Below, in pieces: positions 1 to 13,090 of a stretch of DNA of 64,000 nucleotides. Position numbers and translations under genes: made by a program. This DNA is from Mobula hypostoma (lineage: Eukaryota), in contig NC_086108.1 in assembly GCF_963921235.1 (NCBI RefSeq), forward strand, positions 41,542,001 to 41,606,000, in the 5' to 3' direction. Position 1 is the stretch's first letter. Each line of letters opens with the position of its first letter. A model generated the notes under the pieces. It was given only the letters and a program-made list of their open reading frames with translations. It did not search any database and was not told the DNA's origin.

Positions 1-682
1 CTCTGTACCCTTTCCAATGCTTCCACATCCTTCCTATAGTGAGGTGACCAGAACTGGACACAGTACTCCAAGTGTGGCCTAACAAGAGTTTTATAGAGCT
101 GCATCATTACATCGCTACTCTTAAACTCTATCCCTCGACTTATGAAAGCTAACATCGCATAAACTTTCTTAACTACCCTGTCTACCTGTGAGGCAACTTC
201 CAGGGATCTGTGGATGTGTACCCCCAGATCCCTCTGCTCCTCCACACTGCCATTTACTTTGTACTTTGCCTTGGAGTTTGTCCTTCCAAAGGGTACCACC
301 TCACACTTCTCTGGGTTGAACTCCATCTACCACTTCTTAGCCCACTTCTGCATCCTATCAATGTCTCTCTGCAATCTTCAACAATCCTCTACACTATCTA
401 CAACACCACCAACCTTTGTGTCATCTGCAAACTTGCCAACCCACCCTTCTACCCCCACATCCAGGTCGTTTATAAAAATCATGAAAAGTAGAGGTCCCAG
501 AACAGATCCTTGTTGGAAACCACTAGTCACAATCCTCCAATCTGAATGTACTCCCTCCACCATGACCCTCTGCCTTCTCCACCTGGTCAAACTTCCCTGG
601 ATCCCATGCCTTCTAACTTTCTGAATAAGCCTACTGTGTGGAACCTTGTCAAATGCCTTACTAAAATCCATGTAGATCACAT
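1..682 (-). mobile_element. CR1-clade LINE (HER1-like) ORF2 reverse transcriptase fragment, decayed
   Basis: ORF 378..698(-) reads [20 protein letters not shown]...[19 protein letters not shown]...[10 protein letters not shown], the typical CR1 RT motifs. CR1-like sequence continues to the window start. Confidence 0.95.
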
Positions 683-1705
683 CAACGTTTTGGGCCAAGA
701 CCCTTCAGCAGGACTGGAGGCAAAATGATGAGGAGTAGATTTAAAAGCTGGGGGAGGAGAGAGAGAAGCAGAAAGTGAACCGACCATCAAGCCCATCTTT
801 CCCTCCTCTCCCCACTTTCTGCTTTCCGTAGGGATCGCTCCCTACATGACTCCCTTGTCCATTCATCCCTACCCACTGATCTTCCTCCTGGCACTTATCC
901 TTGCAAGTGGAACAAGTGCTACACCTGCCCCTACACCTCCTTCCTCACTACCATTCAGGGCCCCAAACAGTCCTTCCAGGTGAGGTGACACTTCACCTGT
1001 GAGTCTGTTGTGGGTGGTCATAAACTGTGTCCGGTGCTCCCAGTGTGGCCTCCTGTATATCGGAGAAACCCGACATAGGAGTCTGTTTCGTCGAGCACCT
1101 ACGCTCCATTCCCCAGAAGAAGTGGGATCTCCTGTGGCCACCCATTTTAATTCCATTTCCCATTCCCATTCTAATTTATCAATCCATGGCCTCCTCCACT
1201 GTTGTGATGAGGCTACATTCAGGATGGAGGAACAACACCTTATGTTCCATCTGGGTAGCCTCCAACCTGATGGAATGAACATTAATTTCTCCAGTTTTGG
1301 CCCTCCCTCTTCACCAATTCCCATCCCTTTTCCCTCTCTCACCTTATCTCCTTGCCTGCCCATCTTCTCCCGCTGGTGCTCCTCCCTCCTTTTCTTTCTT
1401 CGATAGCCTCCTATCCTCACCTATCAGACTTCCCCTTCTCCAGCCCTGTATCGCCTTCTACAATCAACTTCCCAGCTCCTTGCTTCATCCCCTCCCCTTT
1501 CTGCTTTCACCCATCACCTTGTGTTTCTCTCTCCCCTCCCCCACCTTTTAAACCTGCTCCTCATCTTTTTTTCTCCTGTCCTGCTGAAGGGTGTTGGCCC
1601 AGAATGTTGACTGTACGCTTTCTATAGATGCTGCCTGGCCTGCTGAGTTCCTCCACCATTTTCTGAGTGCTGCTTGGAGAACATCTGCAGATTTTCTCTT
1701 GTTGG
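683..1705 (+). mobile_element. Penelope-like retroelement, 5'-truncated, with inverted terminal copy (683-779) and GIY-YIG endonuclease remnant
   Basis: ORF 999..1406 VINCVRCSQCGLLYIGETR...VATHFNS...EEQHLMFHLGSLQPDGMNINF is a Penelope GIY-YIG C-terminus. 683-779 is the reverse complement of ~1514-1610 (inverted pLTR arrangement). Confidence 0.9.
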
Positions 1706-2589
1706 TACAGCATTCAGGTTTGTTTAGGTTGGGTCAGATTCAGTACTTTAAGTCAAGATGATTTGCTCAATATTATTGCACGTGTCCTCTATTCTTGATC
1801 TATATTTAATATTTCAATCTCAAACAGACCAATAATATGTATATATTAGATGGGGTTGACTGAGATACAAAGGTTGGTTTCGGATCAGCTGTGCTTGGAT
1901 CAGCTAGGGATGGCTTTTACCTTTATGGTCTAGGTTTAAAAATTTGACGATTTACTTTGTTTACTCTTGCTCTGAAAGTGACTAGATATGTCCAGCATTA
2001 AATTGGCTGGAAGGTCTCATTCAACCTCATCCCATCCATTCTTCTGTTGGCTCTTTTCATGAAGTAACAATTCTTCTCTTGTTTTGTTTCTATGTACAGA
2101 TATTTCAACTGTTCTGATTAAATTTCATCTGTCATTACCGTATCCACTCAATATTTTTTGTAGCTCACTTGTTATCCATGAGTTGTCTCCTCAGAATTAA
2201 GTAGTAGTTCTGCTTACTGCTTTGTTACTGTAAGTTTTCTACTATTAAAGCTTAAAAGGTTTAACCAATGCCCATTAAAGCCTGAACCAAAGACACTGGT
2301 GTAGATCAGAAATTAAACTTTAATAGCAGGACCTCTGTCATGCTGCCTGAAAATCAAACTTTACCGTCTTGCTATGACATAAATCACAAACCCGTGGTTT
2401 AAGTAGCTCTGGATGCATGAAAACATCTGCTTGGAACAGCCAAATCCCAATGCAACATATAGACCCTCCTTCCGGCCCACCCTACTATTTCTACCATCCC
2501 CTCTGAAAGAGGAGTGGCCAAGATGATGTAAGCACACCAAGAGTGACACAACACTGTTAGGGTGATATGATGAAACGATAACCAACCAT

Positions 2590-3160
2590 TCAAAGTTCAA
2601 AGTAAAATTTATTATCAGAGTATATACATGTCATCACATACAACCCTGAGATTCTTTTTCCTGTGGGCATACTCAGCAAATCTACAGAACAGTCACTGTA
2701 AACAGGATCAATGAACAACAATCTGTGTAAAAGCAATTACAAATTATCAATAAATAACAAGTGTGAAATAATATGAAATAACAAAATAACCAGTCCTTAA
2801 AGTGAGACCGTTGGTTGTGGGAACACCAGAAATAGAACGAGTGTAGTTATCCCCTTTTATTCAAGAGCCTAATGGTTGAGGGGTACTAACTGCTCTTGAA
2901 CCTGGTGGTGTTAGTCCTGAGGATCTTGTACCCTCTACCTGATAACAGCAACAAGGAAAGAGCATAGCCTGGGTGGTGTGGGCCTTCGATAATGGATGAT
3001 GTTTTTCTACGGCAGTGTTTCATGTAGATGCCCAATGCATGTATCATGTAGTGCTCAATGTTTAGGAGGATTTTCCCCATGATGTACCCAGTGGAATCCA
3101 CTACCTTTTGTAGGATTTTCCACTCAAAGGCATTGGTGTTCCCATACCAGGCCATAGTGC
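2590..3160 (-). mobile_element. Rex1/Babar-clade LINE 3' fragment
   Basis: ORF 2886..3155(-) AWYGN...LQKVV...HCRRKTSSII...HPGYAL...LSGRGY...TTRFKSS matches the Rex/Babar C-terminus; short TTGAAC-type tail near 2590. Confidence 0.85.
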
Positions 3161-5679
3161 ATTTTTACCTCGACCATTGTATTTTCAGTGTAGAATCTGT
3201 GCAAGTTAAAGAAAAATAAAATCTGTCTTGATAACAGCTAGTCCAAACCTAACACAAATTTGAGTACTTAACTCCTTTTGCCATTTTCAGCCAAAATTGG
3301 ACGTCCACTTTAAATACACTATAACAAAATGGAATGTGTTATTGATCTGTTGAGAGCATCAAGTAAATACACTTGAAGTTCTCAGTTTATTATAGCTACT
3401 TACTAACCAGATCACCTGAGCAGGATGAGATACAGAGATAGCATGGCATAAATTGGTCAAACCTAAACCATACGGCAATAAACACAATCCAACCCAAACC
3501 ACACATATAAAGTCAGATTCCACTTGGCTTTCATCAGGGAGGCAAGCTCCATTCCACTTGTGTATATAAAATTATTGTAATCTTTTGTATTTTGTATTTT
3601 ATATTTCTTTTGTATTCTTTTGCAATTATTGTATTCTAAATTATACCTTCTTAAAATTGACATATTGTACAAGAAATCCAGAAGATATTTGGACCAAAGT
3701 GAAATATTCCTTCCTAATTTCTTTCTCAAATTATAGCAGCTATTAAGCTTCATTAGGGTGAATAGCAGGTTATCTGTGATGATTAAATTCTTGGCAATGT
3801 CATACATTGCTTAGAACATTGCATGGAAAATAGCCCATATTAAAAAAAAAGTAAGGGAACTTGAGCACCTTTCTGGGGTAAAATAGAAACATATTGCCCT
3901 CTCATGTTACCTCTTTATTAAAGAGAATAAAGAAATATTGTGAACAACCAGAACCATCATGACCAAGTCACACAAGAGCCACATTTCCTGTATTTTCTGG
4001 TGAGGCACTCACAGAAACAAACTTAATTGAAAATACACAGCTCTTTTCTACAATGCAGCTTTGCATAAATTAAATTTTTTGTAGACAGTATCTGAATACT
4101 GCTCTTTAACTTATTCCTCCAACACTTTTACTGATGTTTAGAGTCCAAATGGATTGTGGAAGGAAGTCTTCGATCAACTCTCATTTCAGAAATTGTCCAG
4201 TTACTGTGGGAGCATCTTAGTAATACTTTCATCAGGCTTTTCCTTCCAGTAACCAATGGATGCAATTGATTTCTATTTTCTTGATCATACACAGACCGTT
4301 TATAGAAGATAAGTGTGATTGTGTCAAAGTTGTTTACTCATCAGATTCTTGTTGAGCACTGCATTCCATTCTTAGAACACAATAAGAAATATCCTTGGCA
4401 GGAAATTATGTTTTATTGCCAAAGATGCATTGTGCTGCGTCTTTGTTGAGACAAAAAATCCTCAAACACAAAACTGTTTCCACTGTAAAAAGTTTCTAAA
4501 ATCAGATTGTTCAGGATTCACCTGTCTGGCATACACATTAAATCCAGATGGTCAGGAACTTATAAGACTCAATCCCCTTATGTGCTTTCACATCCCCTTA
4601 TGTATCCCTTCAAAAACAGCAAAGGACCAGGAGGGGCTTTTTAGATGGTGCTTCACAATGCACACATCGCAGGTGCCACTCTTAAAATAGACATAAGAGA
4701 CAGTGTAAGTCTCTATGGTGTGCATTAGAAAAGAACTCACGGGCTCGAGCTATATAGAAAATTCTTAACAGAGCTATAATGAGCTATTGATCCCAAAGTA
4801 CTGTAGGAGCCAGTGATCTCCTGGTGCTTTCAGATCTGCTGGTTACAAACTTGCAATCGTCATAATTGTCCTTATTATTGAAGGTTGGGTTATCAAGGCT
4901 GGAGCTCCCTTTTACTCATGTGAAAGACTTTCTTCTAAAGTGGGAAAATAATTTGTTAATAACAAGAAACGTTATGCTGGAGGTTATTATATATTCAGGG
5001 CAATGTGTGTAATAGCATTTAATAAATTAAAAGGATTTGGATATTAAAAGTTTGTGAGACTGGAGTCTGTGATAATGGAAAGCTGACACTTCATGATATT
5101 ATTTTAGTGTGAATTTCAAATTATGAGTGTTCATTTTCAGATGAAGGTTCTTATTATGAGAAGTCATTATGGTGCTCGGTATATCAATATTCATTGCAGT
5201 GGGAGAGTTACGCAACACTCAGTATAACTGTATGTTTCTTATTAGGATGTTTTCGATAGAAAAATATATGGTATCTAGAGGCTTATAAATCTCCTGGATG
5301 TTATTGTACAAGGTTAGTAAATGAAAGCTGTCTTAATTTAGATTTTTTAATATTGAATTGTGTTATTGCATAAATTTATAGCATTATTAAGTGCTCTAAA
5401 GAGTGTACTGTTAACTTTCAAGATGGAGTGTTTTTAATATTGGTGTTTAATATAACAGGTGAGGAGCTTATTTTAATCATCTGTCAAGGTGACTTTATTT
5501 TAAATGATACACTGTAGTTAACTTGTGAAAGAGATCTTTTGTCTAAGGGACATCACTCACAGCCTCACAGGATTCCTGGAGTTACAAAAATCAGAGAGGT
5601 ACTTTTGAATCCTCAATGCAGGATTCAAAGGAGTATTTTGTATTCAGCAGGATCTGACTAACAGTAAGTTGTTTAGTAA

Positions 5680-5917
5680 CATTAACTGAGGATAAACATT
5701 GGTCAGGATACTGTGAAGAATGGTGCCTTGAAAAATTTTATTTCTTGTGGCAGTACAGACTGGCCTTCAGTTTAAAACTTCAGTGGAAGTTTGGAGCCTC
5801 CAACAATGCAGCACTTCCTCAGGCCCGTAGGAGAAAATTTGTCTAGATCTCATGTCCATGGCTCTGATTGAGACTATCCAGCTCAGCGGTGAATGTGCTA
5901 ATACTGAAACACAGCTG
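5680..5917 (-). mobile_element. DeuSINE (SacSINE1/AmnSINE-like) relic
   Basis: Decayed match to the reverse-strand Deu domain and tRNA-like head (gataaacattggtcaggatac...caacaatgcagcacttcctcag...gaatgtgcta). Confidence 0.6.
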
Positions 5918-6002
5918 TTAGTGTCTTACTTTACATTATTTGTACCTTTCCAGTCAGGTACATGACTTTACCCTCTTGTTGGTCAGGTATGGGGATTAAT
6001 TA

Positions 6003-6480
6003 CAAACAAGAGAAAATCTGCAGATGCTGGAAGTCAAAGCAATACGCACAAAACATTGGAGGAACACGGCAGGTCAGGCAGCGTCTACGGAAAAGCATAA
6101 ACAGTTGACAGTTTGGGCTGAATGTAAGTAATATTTGCAATAGTTAGTACAATGTTCTGCTGGAGGAACTCAGCAGTTAAGCAATATCTAGTTGGGCTGG
6201 GGCAAGGCGAGAGAGCAGTAGTCGATATTTCAGGTTGAAACCCTGCCTCAGGATTGAGTGTGGAGAGGGAAGATGGCAAGTATAAAGAGAAGAGGGGAAG
6301 TGGTAGTTGGTGGACTGAGGAGTGATGAAGTTGGCTGGCCAGCTTAAGCGGGCTAAGGGAGAGCAGGAATGGAGATTGGAGATAGAGGCAGGTGGATGGT
6401 AGTGAGGTCAGGCAAAGAAAAGGAAAATGGAGTCAGGTAGGGAGAGGGGAAGGTGAAGGTGGAGACGGTCAGGAAGATGC
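6003..6480 (-). mobile_element. Penelope-like terminal (pLTR) fragments, two in tandem
   Basis: aaatctgcagatgctgg...caggtcaggcagc terminus, a hammerhead-like segment at ~6220-6256 and a purine-rich tract; antisense to the 3' ends at 1560-1705 and 45100-45240. Confidence 0.75.
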
Positions 6481-6868
6481 TAAATAAGAACACAAAGGCT
6501 ACCAGTACTGGCATCTGAAAAGTAAGCAAGGTGATAATGGGAACCATTATGGAAGAGATGCTGCAATTACAGTGTCAGGAGATCTGCTATCAAGCTGAAT
6601 CAGTGGAGACAAATAACTGATGCGTGCAAAGCTGGTGCTGGTGTGAGGTAGGCATGGAATTAACATAGTTTCACAGAGCCCCAGAGCGGTGATATGAGGA
6701 ACTGCAGTTGAAGTTGTGGGCCACAAATGAAGAAATGGAACGAAGAGTCAGTCAGCAGGAGTTTTCACACAAGGGCCGACAACAGAGGAGAGCTGCTTCA
6801 TCCTTTGAAATATGAATTGGCGAATGATATCATCCAATTTTTTTGTGATTCAATAATAGTAACTGTTG

Positions 6869-6968
6869 TGTACTGAGAGAAATATCTAATAATTTTCAGC
6901 TTGTGAAGCTAGTCATCGTCATGTACTGACAGGAATATCTGACATTATTTAGCATGTGAAGCTAATCA
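6869..6968. repeat. Diverged ~53-bp tandem duplication (2 copies)
   Basis: tgtactgagagaaatatctaataattttcagcttgtgaagctagtca versus tgtactgacaggaatatctgacattatttagcatgtgaagctaatca. Confidence 0.7.
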
Positions 6969-7554
6969 AGACTCATCAGGGTTTGGTGGCAGAGGGCAAG
7001 AGCCCCACAATATTTGGCCTGTTATGTCTCTTTCTTCTAAACCACTTTGAATAAACATCTTTCAATTCAATCTTGCTTGATAGGGGATGCCCATGAATCA
7101 TGGGGTTGAATGAGCACAGTTATTGGTGTCTTTTCAGTCTCTATTCTCATCCTAGGAATGAATGTTCTAAACTTGGTTGTATCCATTGCAGTAGCTCCAT
7201 GATTACAACCTGTGATATAATGATCAGGGTGATACTTTGATACCTGAGCAAAAGACGTCCCAATGAAATTTAAAACAAAACAGATGCTGGGTATATACTG
7301 TGCATTGAATTATCTATTACATACATGAGATATGGAAGTCACTGGATAGGCCAAGGCTTACTAACAAACCCAAATTGTCCCTGAACCAAGTGGCTTGTTG
7401 GACCATTTCAAAGATTAGCTAAGAGTCAGCAATATCATTGATTCTGGAGTTGTGCATCAGTCAGATTGTGTCAGGAGTGTAATTTTTCCTCCTTGAAGGA
7501 CAAAGTGCAGAGGGACAACAGAATTTCTTGTCACTATTTGTCGATGAATTAAAT

Positions 7555-8168
7555 TCAAGTGTCAGGAAGTTATTTTGCAGTTTTATAAAACTCTAGTTGG
7601 TCACATCAGGAGTATTAGATTCAATTATGATTGTCCCATCATAGGTAAGATGTCAAGGCTTTGTAGAGGGTGTAAAGAGATTTACCAGGGATTCTGCCTG
7701 GATTAGAGGGCATGAACTATAAGGAAAGTTTGGAGAAACTTGGATATGTTTCTCCAGAGTGGCAGAGTTTGAGGGGATATCTGTTAGAGGTTTATAAGGT
7801 TATGAGAGATATAGATAGAGTAGACAGCCAGTATCTTTTTCTTATGATTGAAATGTCTTCTACCAGAGGAGATAGACTGAAGCTGAGATAAGTTCAAAAG
7901 GAGATGTGTGGGGCAGGTATCCTACCCAATGAGTATGAGGTGCCTAGAATGCATTGAATGGATGATGGTAGGGACAAATACATCAGCGGCATTCAAGGAG
8001 GCTCTTAAAATGGCATATGAACGTGTAGGAAATGGAAGGATATGGACATTGCGTAAGTAGAAAGATTAGTTCCGTTAAGTATTTAATTGCTAACTTAATT
8101 AGTTCAGCACAACATCATAAGCCAAAGATCTTGTTCCTGTGCTGAACTGTTCCATGTTCCATGTTCTA
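7555..8168 (+). mobile_element. CR1 LINE 3' fragment
   Basis: Decayed CR1 ORF2 C-terminus (ttttataaaactctagttggtcacatcaggagtat...gtttataaggttatgagagatatagatagagtagacag), 3' UTR and (ATGTTCY)n tail at ~8148-8168. Confidence 0.85.
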
Positions 8169-8248
8169 ACATACTAGAATTGCAATTTGAAATCATTGTG
8201 CAATGCAAGTAAGATTATAACACAATTTCCAGCCTTGTGCCTTAAAAG

Positions 8249-8609
8249 CAACAGAAAATGTAGTTTCTTAGCAGAATGCTGAAAATATCATATAGAGATA
8301 GGGTAACTAATGAGACAGTACTCCAACGTGCCCATACAAAAAGATCTTTAATGAGAACATTAAATGAGAGGAAACTTAAATTCCTGGGCCATGTCATCAG
8401 AAAGGGAGAAATAGAATGCCTTACATTACAAGGCCGTATGCCTGGGAAATGCAGAACAGCAAGGCAAAGAAGAAAATATATAGACACTGTGAAAGAACTA
8501 ACAGATCTAAGTGTGTGAGATATCATTGACGCTGCATGGGATCGTTCGATGTGGAGTGCCATGATCGCTCAAGCGTATAACGCGCAAAGCACATGAAGAA
8601 GAAGAAAAG
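8249..8609 (+). mobile_element. RTE-clade LINE 3' end with (GAA)n tail and TSD
   Basis: ORF 8276..8518 MLKISYRDRVTNETVLQRA...RKLKFLGHVIRK...LQGRMPGK; GAA tail 8595-8609; 12-bp TSD gtgccttaaaag (8237-8248) / gtgccttagaag (8610-8621). Confidence 0.9.
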
Positions 8610-8823
8610 GTGCCTTAGAAGGACGATTTTACAAACCTTGTTTTCGTCATTCCCCATAAGCATTCAGTGGGAGTTACTATACCAGATAGGCTGTTTACAA
8701 AAAGATTTCTGTGGTTCAGCAATCTGCCTGCTCCATTACTCTATGCCACTGGACTCTTCCCCTCCCCACATCAGTACCTATAGGGAACACAAGGATCAGC
8801 AATGCGATTAATTGGCTGAACCT

Positions 8824-9130
8824 CAAAGTTCAAAGTAACTTTTTTTTATCAAAGTACAAATATGCCACCATAAGCAACCTTAAGATTCATTTTCTTGTGG
8901 GTATACTTAACAAACCTATAGAATAATAACTATAACAGAATTAATGAAAGACCACCCAACTAGGGCATTCAACCAGAGTGCAGAATACAATGATCTGTGG
9001 AAATGCAAAAAGAAGAAGAAATAATATAAATAAATGATAAATATCAAGAATGTGAGATGAAGAGACCTTGAAAGTGAATCTGTTGGTTGTGGGAACATTT
9101 CAATGATGAGGCAAGTGAAGTTGAGTGAAC
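8824..9130 (-). mobile_element. Rex/Babar LINE 3' UTR fragment (same family as 2590-3160)
   Basis: caaagttcaaagtaac...gattcattttcttgtgggtatact...ggttgtgggaaca is similar to 2592-2826. Confidence 0.7.
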
Positions 9131-9274
9131 TTCATTCTTTCAAAGAGGACCAAAGGTCAAAAGTTTTTATTTATACTGAAGACATTTTATGGGGTGACTA
9201 AGTGATAATGTATTGAATATATTTCTCCTTTTCACAATGATGGTCTAATTGCAGAAGTGTTCGTTGATTACACT

Positions 9275-9550
9275 TTACTTTAATTTATACTTCATTGTCA
9301 CCAAAAAATTGGTACTAGAACGTACAATCATCACAGCGATATTTGATTCTGCGCTTCACACTCCCTGGATTACAAATATTAAATTTTAAAGATATTAAAA
9401 ATAGTTAAAATTAGTAAATATTAACAATTTAAATTATAAATCATAAATAGAAAATAGAAAAATGGGAAATAAGGTAGTGCAAAAAAAACCGAGAGGCAAG
9501 TCCGGATATTTGAAGGGTACGGCCCAGATCTGGGTCAGGATGAATTCAGT
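9275..9550 (-). mobile_element. LINE 3' UTR fragment (probably Rex/Babar type)
   Basis: Microsatellite-like tail (ctttactttaattta) followed by a CpG-containing repeat-like body; no coding part seen. Confidence 0.4.
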
Positions 9551-10239
9551 ATGAATACAGCACACAGAGTGGTTTTTGTACATTGCCATTTGTAATTTTA
9601 AGCTTATATATATCCTCTAATAAAGTTCTAGATTGTAATTAATTGCCCATTTGTTTGCCATTTTGGATGATTTTGCAGTGTAGCATATGTGGAAAATCCA
9701 TTTTGTCTGTAAGAGATTACTGTGGTTGGATTAAATGAAGTGAGTTCTACTATGGGAAAGTAGAAAAGAGTTGAATGATGATTTGGATGAATGTGTCCCG
9801 CCAAACCCAACTGTAGGCACCAATGACAACAGTTGCCTCTGCCGTCAGTTTTGAAGAGGTGCTGGCGATGTGAAAAACAGCTACTTGTAACTCAGGAAAC
9901 TGTAGGGAAGCTAAGGTTAATGTTCATCGCCATGTCATTTACTTTGCATTCCTCTGCTAGTTTTCTCTTTGGGTGTGTTTTATTAGAGAGAGTCTATTTT
10001 CAAAGAAATTAAGGCACACAAAGAAGTAGAAATTATTGTTTTGTTAAGTGCAGAGTTTTGTCCACATTTTTTTCTTTTTGTATTACCTGAAGTGGATGCA
10101 TTATATGTATTTTGATATTTTTTAAAGAAGTGAATGCTCTTAGGTGAGAGTGTGAATAAAGTCGCAGCTTATCCAGAAAAAATGTGTTGGAGAAAATGAG
10201 AAGAGTCTTTTACCATGTCTTTGTTGCATAACTCCCAAA

Positions 10240-10402
10240 GACCATAAGGCCATAAGACATAGGAGCAGAATTAGGCCAATGAGTCTGCTCTGCCATTCCA
10301 ACATGGTTGATTTATTATCCCTTTCAACCCCGTTCTCCCTGTAATCTTTGGCTCCCTTACTAATCAAGAACCGATCAGTCTCCGCTTTGAGTATACCCAA
10401 GG
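10240..10402 (-). mobile_element. CR1 LINE 3' UTR/tail
   Basis: (ccataag)n tail plus ataggagcagaattaggcc...catggttgatttattatccctttcaacccc, the CR1 3' end in antisense. Confidence 0.8.
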
Positions 10403-10592
10403 CTAGATACAGACTGACACTACGAGCACAACCATCCCGCTGCCGACATCAACATCTGCACCAGATGTGGGCAGGATCACAGAAAATAGAGAAAGTCATG
10501 TGTTGGAGACTATCAGGTTCTCGTAATCCTGAAATAATTGAAATTCTTTCCAAAAGTGCTGAGTACATTTTTATGATTATAATTTTATGTTG

Positions 10593-10960
10593 CTGTCAGG
10601 TGGGCTCAGTCTTGCCTTAGATTTAAAAGTTTATGAGTAGCTATCCCACTCTAGAGAAAGCAGATTCAATTCTGGACTTCAGTGCAGTACTGTAAAATGT
10701 TGCATTTGCTGCAGTGCCATCCTCCAAAGGCATTGATAAAGCAAGGAAATGTCTGGTCTGAGTGACCCTACAATGTCATTTTGAAAATGAGGAAATTTTT
10801 TTTGTACCTCTGCACTTACCCACAATCAACATCACTTAGAAAATCAGATAAATTGGACCTTATTACAGATCTGTTAATGGAACCCTGCTGTCTACAAATT
10901 CTCAGCCAGATATCTTTCATTACAGAAGTACCTGCCCTCCATTGGAATATCACTCGGCTG
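10593..10960 (+). mobile_element. DeuSINE relic
   Basis: ctgtcaggtgggctcagt...cccactctagag...cagtgcagtactg...cagtgccatc resembles the SacSINE1-like head and Deu domain. Confidence 0.5.
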
Positions 10961-12159
10961 CAAAACATTTTGTATTGTTTTATAGATCTAGTAAATATCA
11001 AAATTTCGAGCTCTAAAAAGTGCAATTTTAAAAAAGCTTGGAACAGAGCAAAGCCAGGAAATATTACTTGCTTTTCTGCTAATGGAACCTTATTGTACTC
11101 TTGCTCTATAAATACATAGTGAAGAGGCTGCTATTCTTAGCTAACTATACACAAACAAACTGTCCTAAGTTAGTCATTGGAAGATAAATATTGTGCTGGT
11201 CTATATGGAGATATCATTCCCAATGTTCCCCAGAAGCCACACAGAACAAAAGTGTATTTACAAACCTTCAATACAGTAACAGTTCCAAGGTACTTTGTGG
11301 ATGAATCATCAATATGTCATATAATCGTTTTACAAAATAAAACAAAGCCATATAAAGAACTATAAAGACAGGTGACCGAAAGCTTTTTAAAGAAATATGT
11401 TTTAAGGAACATCTTAAAAAAGGAAAGAGGAATGCTAAGGTTCAAGATTTTGGGAAGTACCTGATTTTGGGACTCACTTAACTGTAGACATAAATGGCAG
11501 AGAAATGAAAATTGGGGATGTATAGGAGACCTGAGCTGAAATTGTGCACAGATCCCAAATGGAATAAAATGTGGTAAAGAGGACTGCAAGCTATGACTTT
11601 GTTTTTTAAAGCCATGTTTTGCGTGTTTTAAACCAATTATTTTTGTATACATTCCTGGTCAGGGCAAGAATTTCAGCTATATTATTTACAGTCCCTATGC
11701 ACACATACGGAAAAGCAATGTGAAATCTACCTTATAGGATTTGGGAGAGAGATTGAGGAGACTATATTCAAACAAAGTTGTATGTTCAAGCAACAAATAA
11801 TCTGCTGGAGGAATTCCTTTCCCCTCACAGGTGCTGATCGGCACACTGAGTTCCTCCAGTGCTTTGTGTGTTGCTTCAGACTCAAACATCTGCAGCCTCT
11901 TATGTCTCCTTTATATCTCCAAACTCTGCTGATATTTCCCAAAAAACAAAATGTCACAATGGACAGCGATTTTCAGGAGGGTTAAATATCGGTATAGTTT
12001 CATATTGATTCACATTAATCAAAAATGGTAAGGTGGTGATTTAGCAGTTAAAAAGTAATTTCTCAATTCTTTATATTTCATTACATTTTTTTTGGTGATT
12101 CTGAGGCACAAATCATCTTTGTGTTTGAAAGTGAAAGAAGTTCTGGTACTTTCCTAACA

Positions 12160-13090
12160 CCTTTCTTGACACCAGATTGTACCAAAGCATGTCCTTCAGT
12201 AGTTGTGGTTATACTGGAAGTCACATAGCTGCCAATGCACATAGCAAGGTCCCGCAACAGCAATAAAATAAAATTATAGCTTATCTGTTTTGGTTTTAGC
12301 CATAAAGCACAGAAACAGGTCCTTCTGCCCATCATTATCATGTGACCCTTTGCCAATTTATATTAATCCCATTTACCTATATTAGATCTATGTCCTGCTA
12401 TGTCTTGCTTATTTAATGTTTAAGCATCATGTTTGTATCTGATTACACTACCTCCTCTGGCAGCGAGTTCCATGTATCAGCCACCTTTAGTATATAGAAG
12501 ACAGAACTTTCCCTTTACATCTCCTTCCCCTCACTGTGAACCTATGCTCTCTTGTGTTTAATAGCCCTACCATGGGAAAATGCTTCTGTATAGTTATCCA
12601 ATCTATGACTCTTATAATTTTATATACTTCTGTCAGGTCATTCCTCAGCCTCCTTCACTCCAGGAAAAACAAACCTGGCGTGTCCAATTTCTCCCCATAA
12701 CTAAAGTACTCTACACTCTCTCCAATTAAACTATATTCTTCTAGTTTTGTGGTGACCAGAGATGCACAAAGTGTTCCAAGTGCAGTCGAACTGATCTTCG
12801 TAAAATTGTGAAGTCCTGACTTTCATATTCCGTGTCTGACCTAAAAAAGCAAATGTGTCATTGATTTCTATCACTTACACAATGGACTTGAATCCCTCTG
12901 TTCATCAACATTCCTTATATAATATTCATTTAACGTATAAAAATTCTACCCAATTTTGACTTACCAAGTAACTTTAACTATAGACCAGGAGTATGGAGGA
13001 ACTTCCCCTACTCTCTTTCAAGTATTGCCTGGGAATCTTTACATCATCCAAGAATGGGAACAAGATCTCTCTCAGACTTGACATCTCAAC
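12160..13090 (-). mobile_element. DeuSINE relic split by a CR1 3' fragment (~12300-12965, minus strand)
   Basis: DeuSINE halves at 12160-12298 (gcacatagcaaggtcccgcaacagcaat) and 12980-13090 (ccaggagtatggaggaacttcccctactctctttcaagtattgcctgggaatctttacatc) flank antisense CR1 3' sequence (ttatatacttctgtcaggtcattcctcagcctccttcactccagg). Confidence 0.7.

Noticed and set aside
3463..3807. 114-aa ORF and the many other 60-140-aa ORFs in unique sequence
   Set aside because: No recognisable domains or splice context; lengths are compatible with chance, and many use alternative starts.
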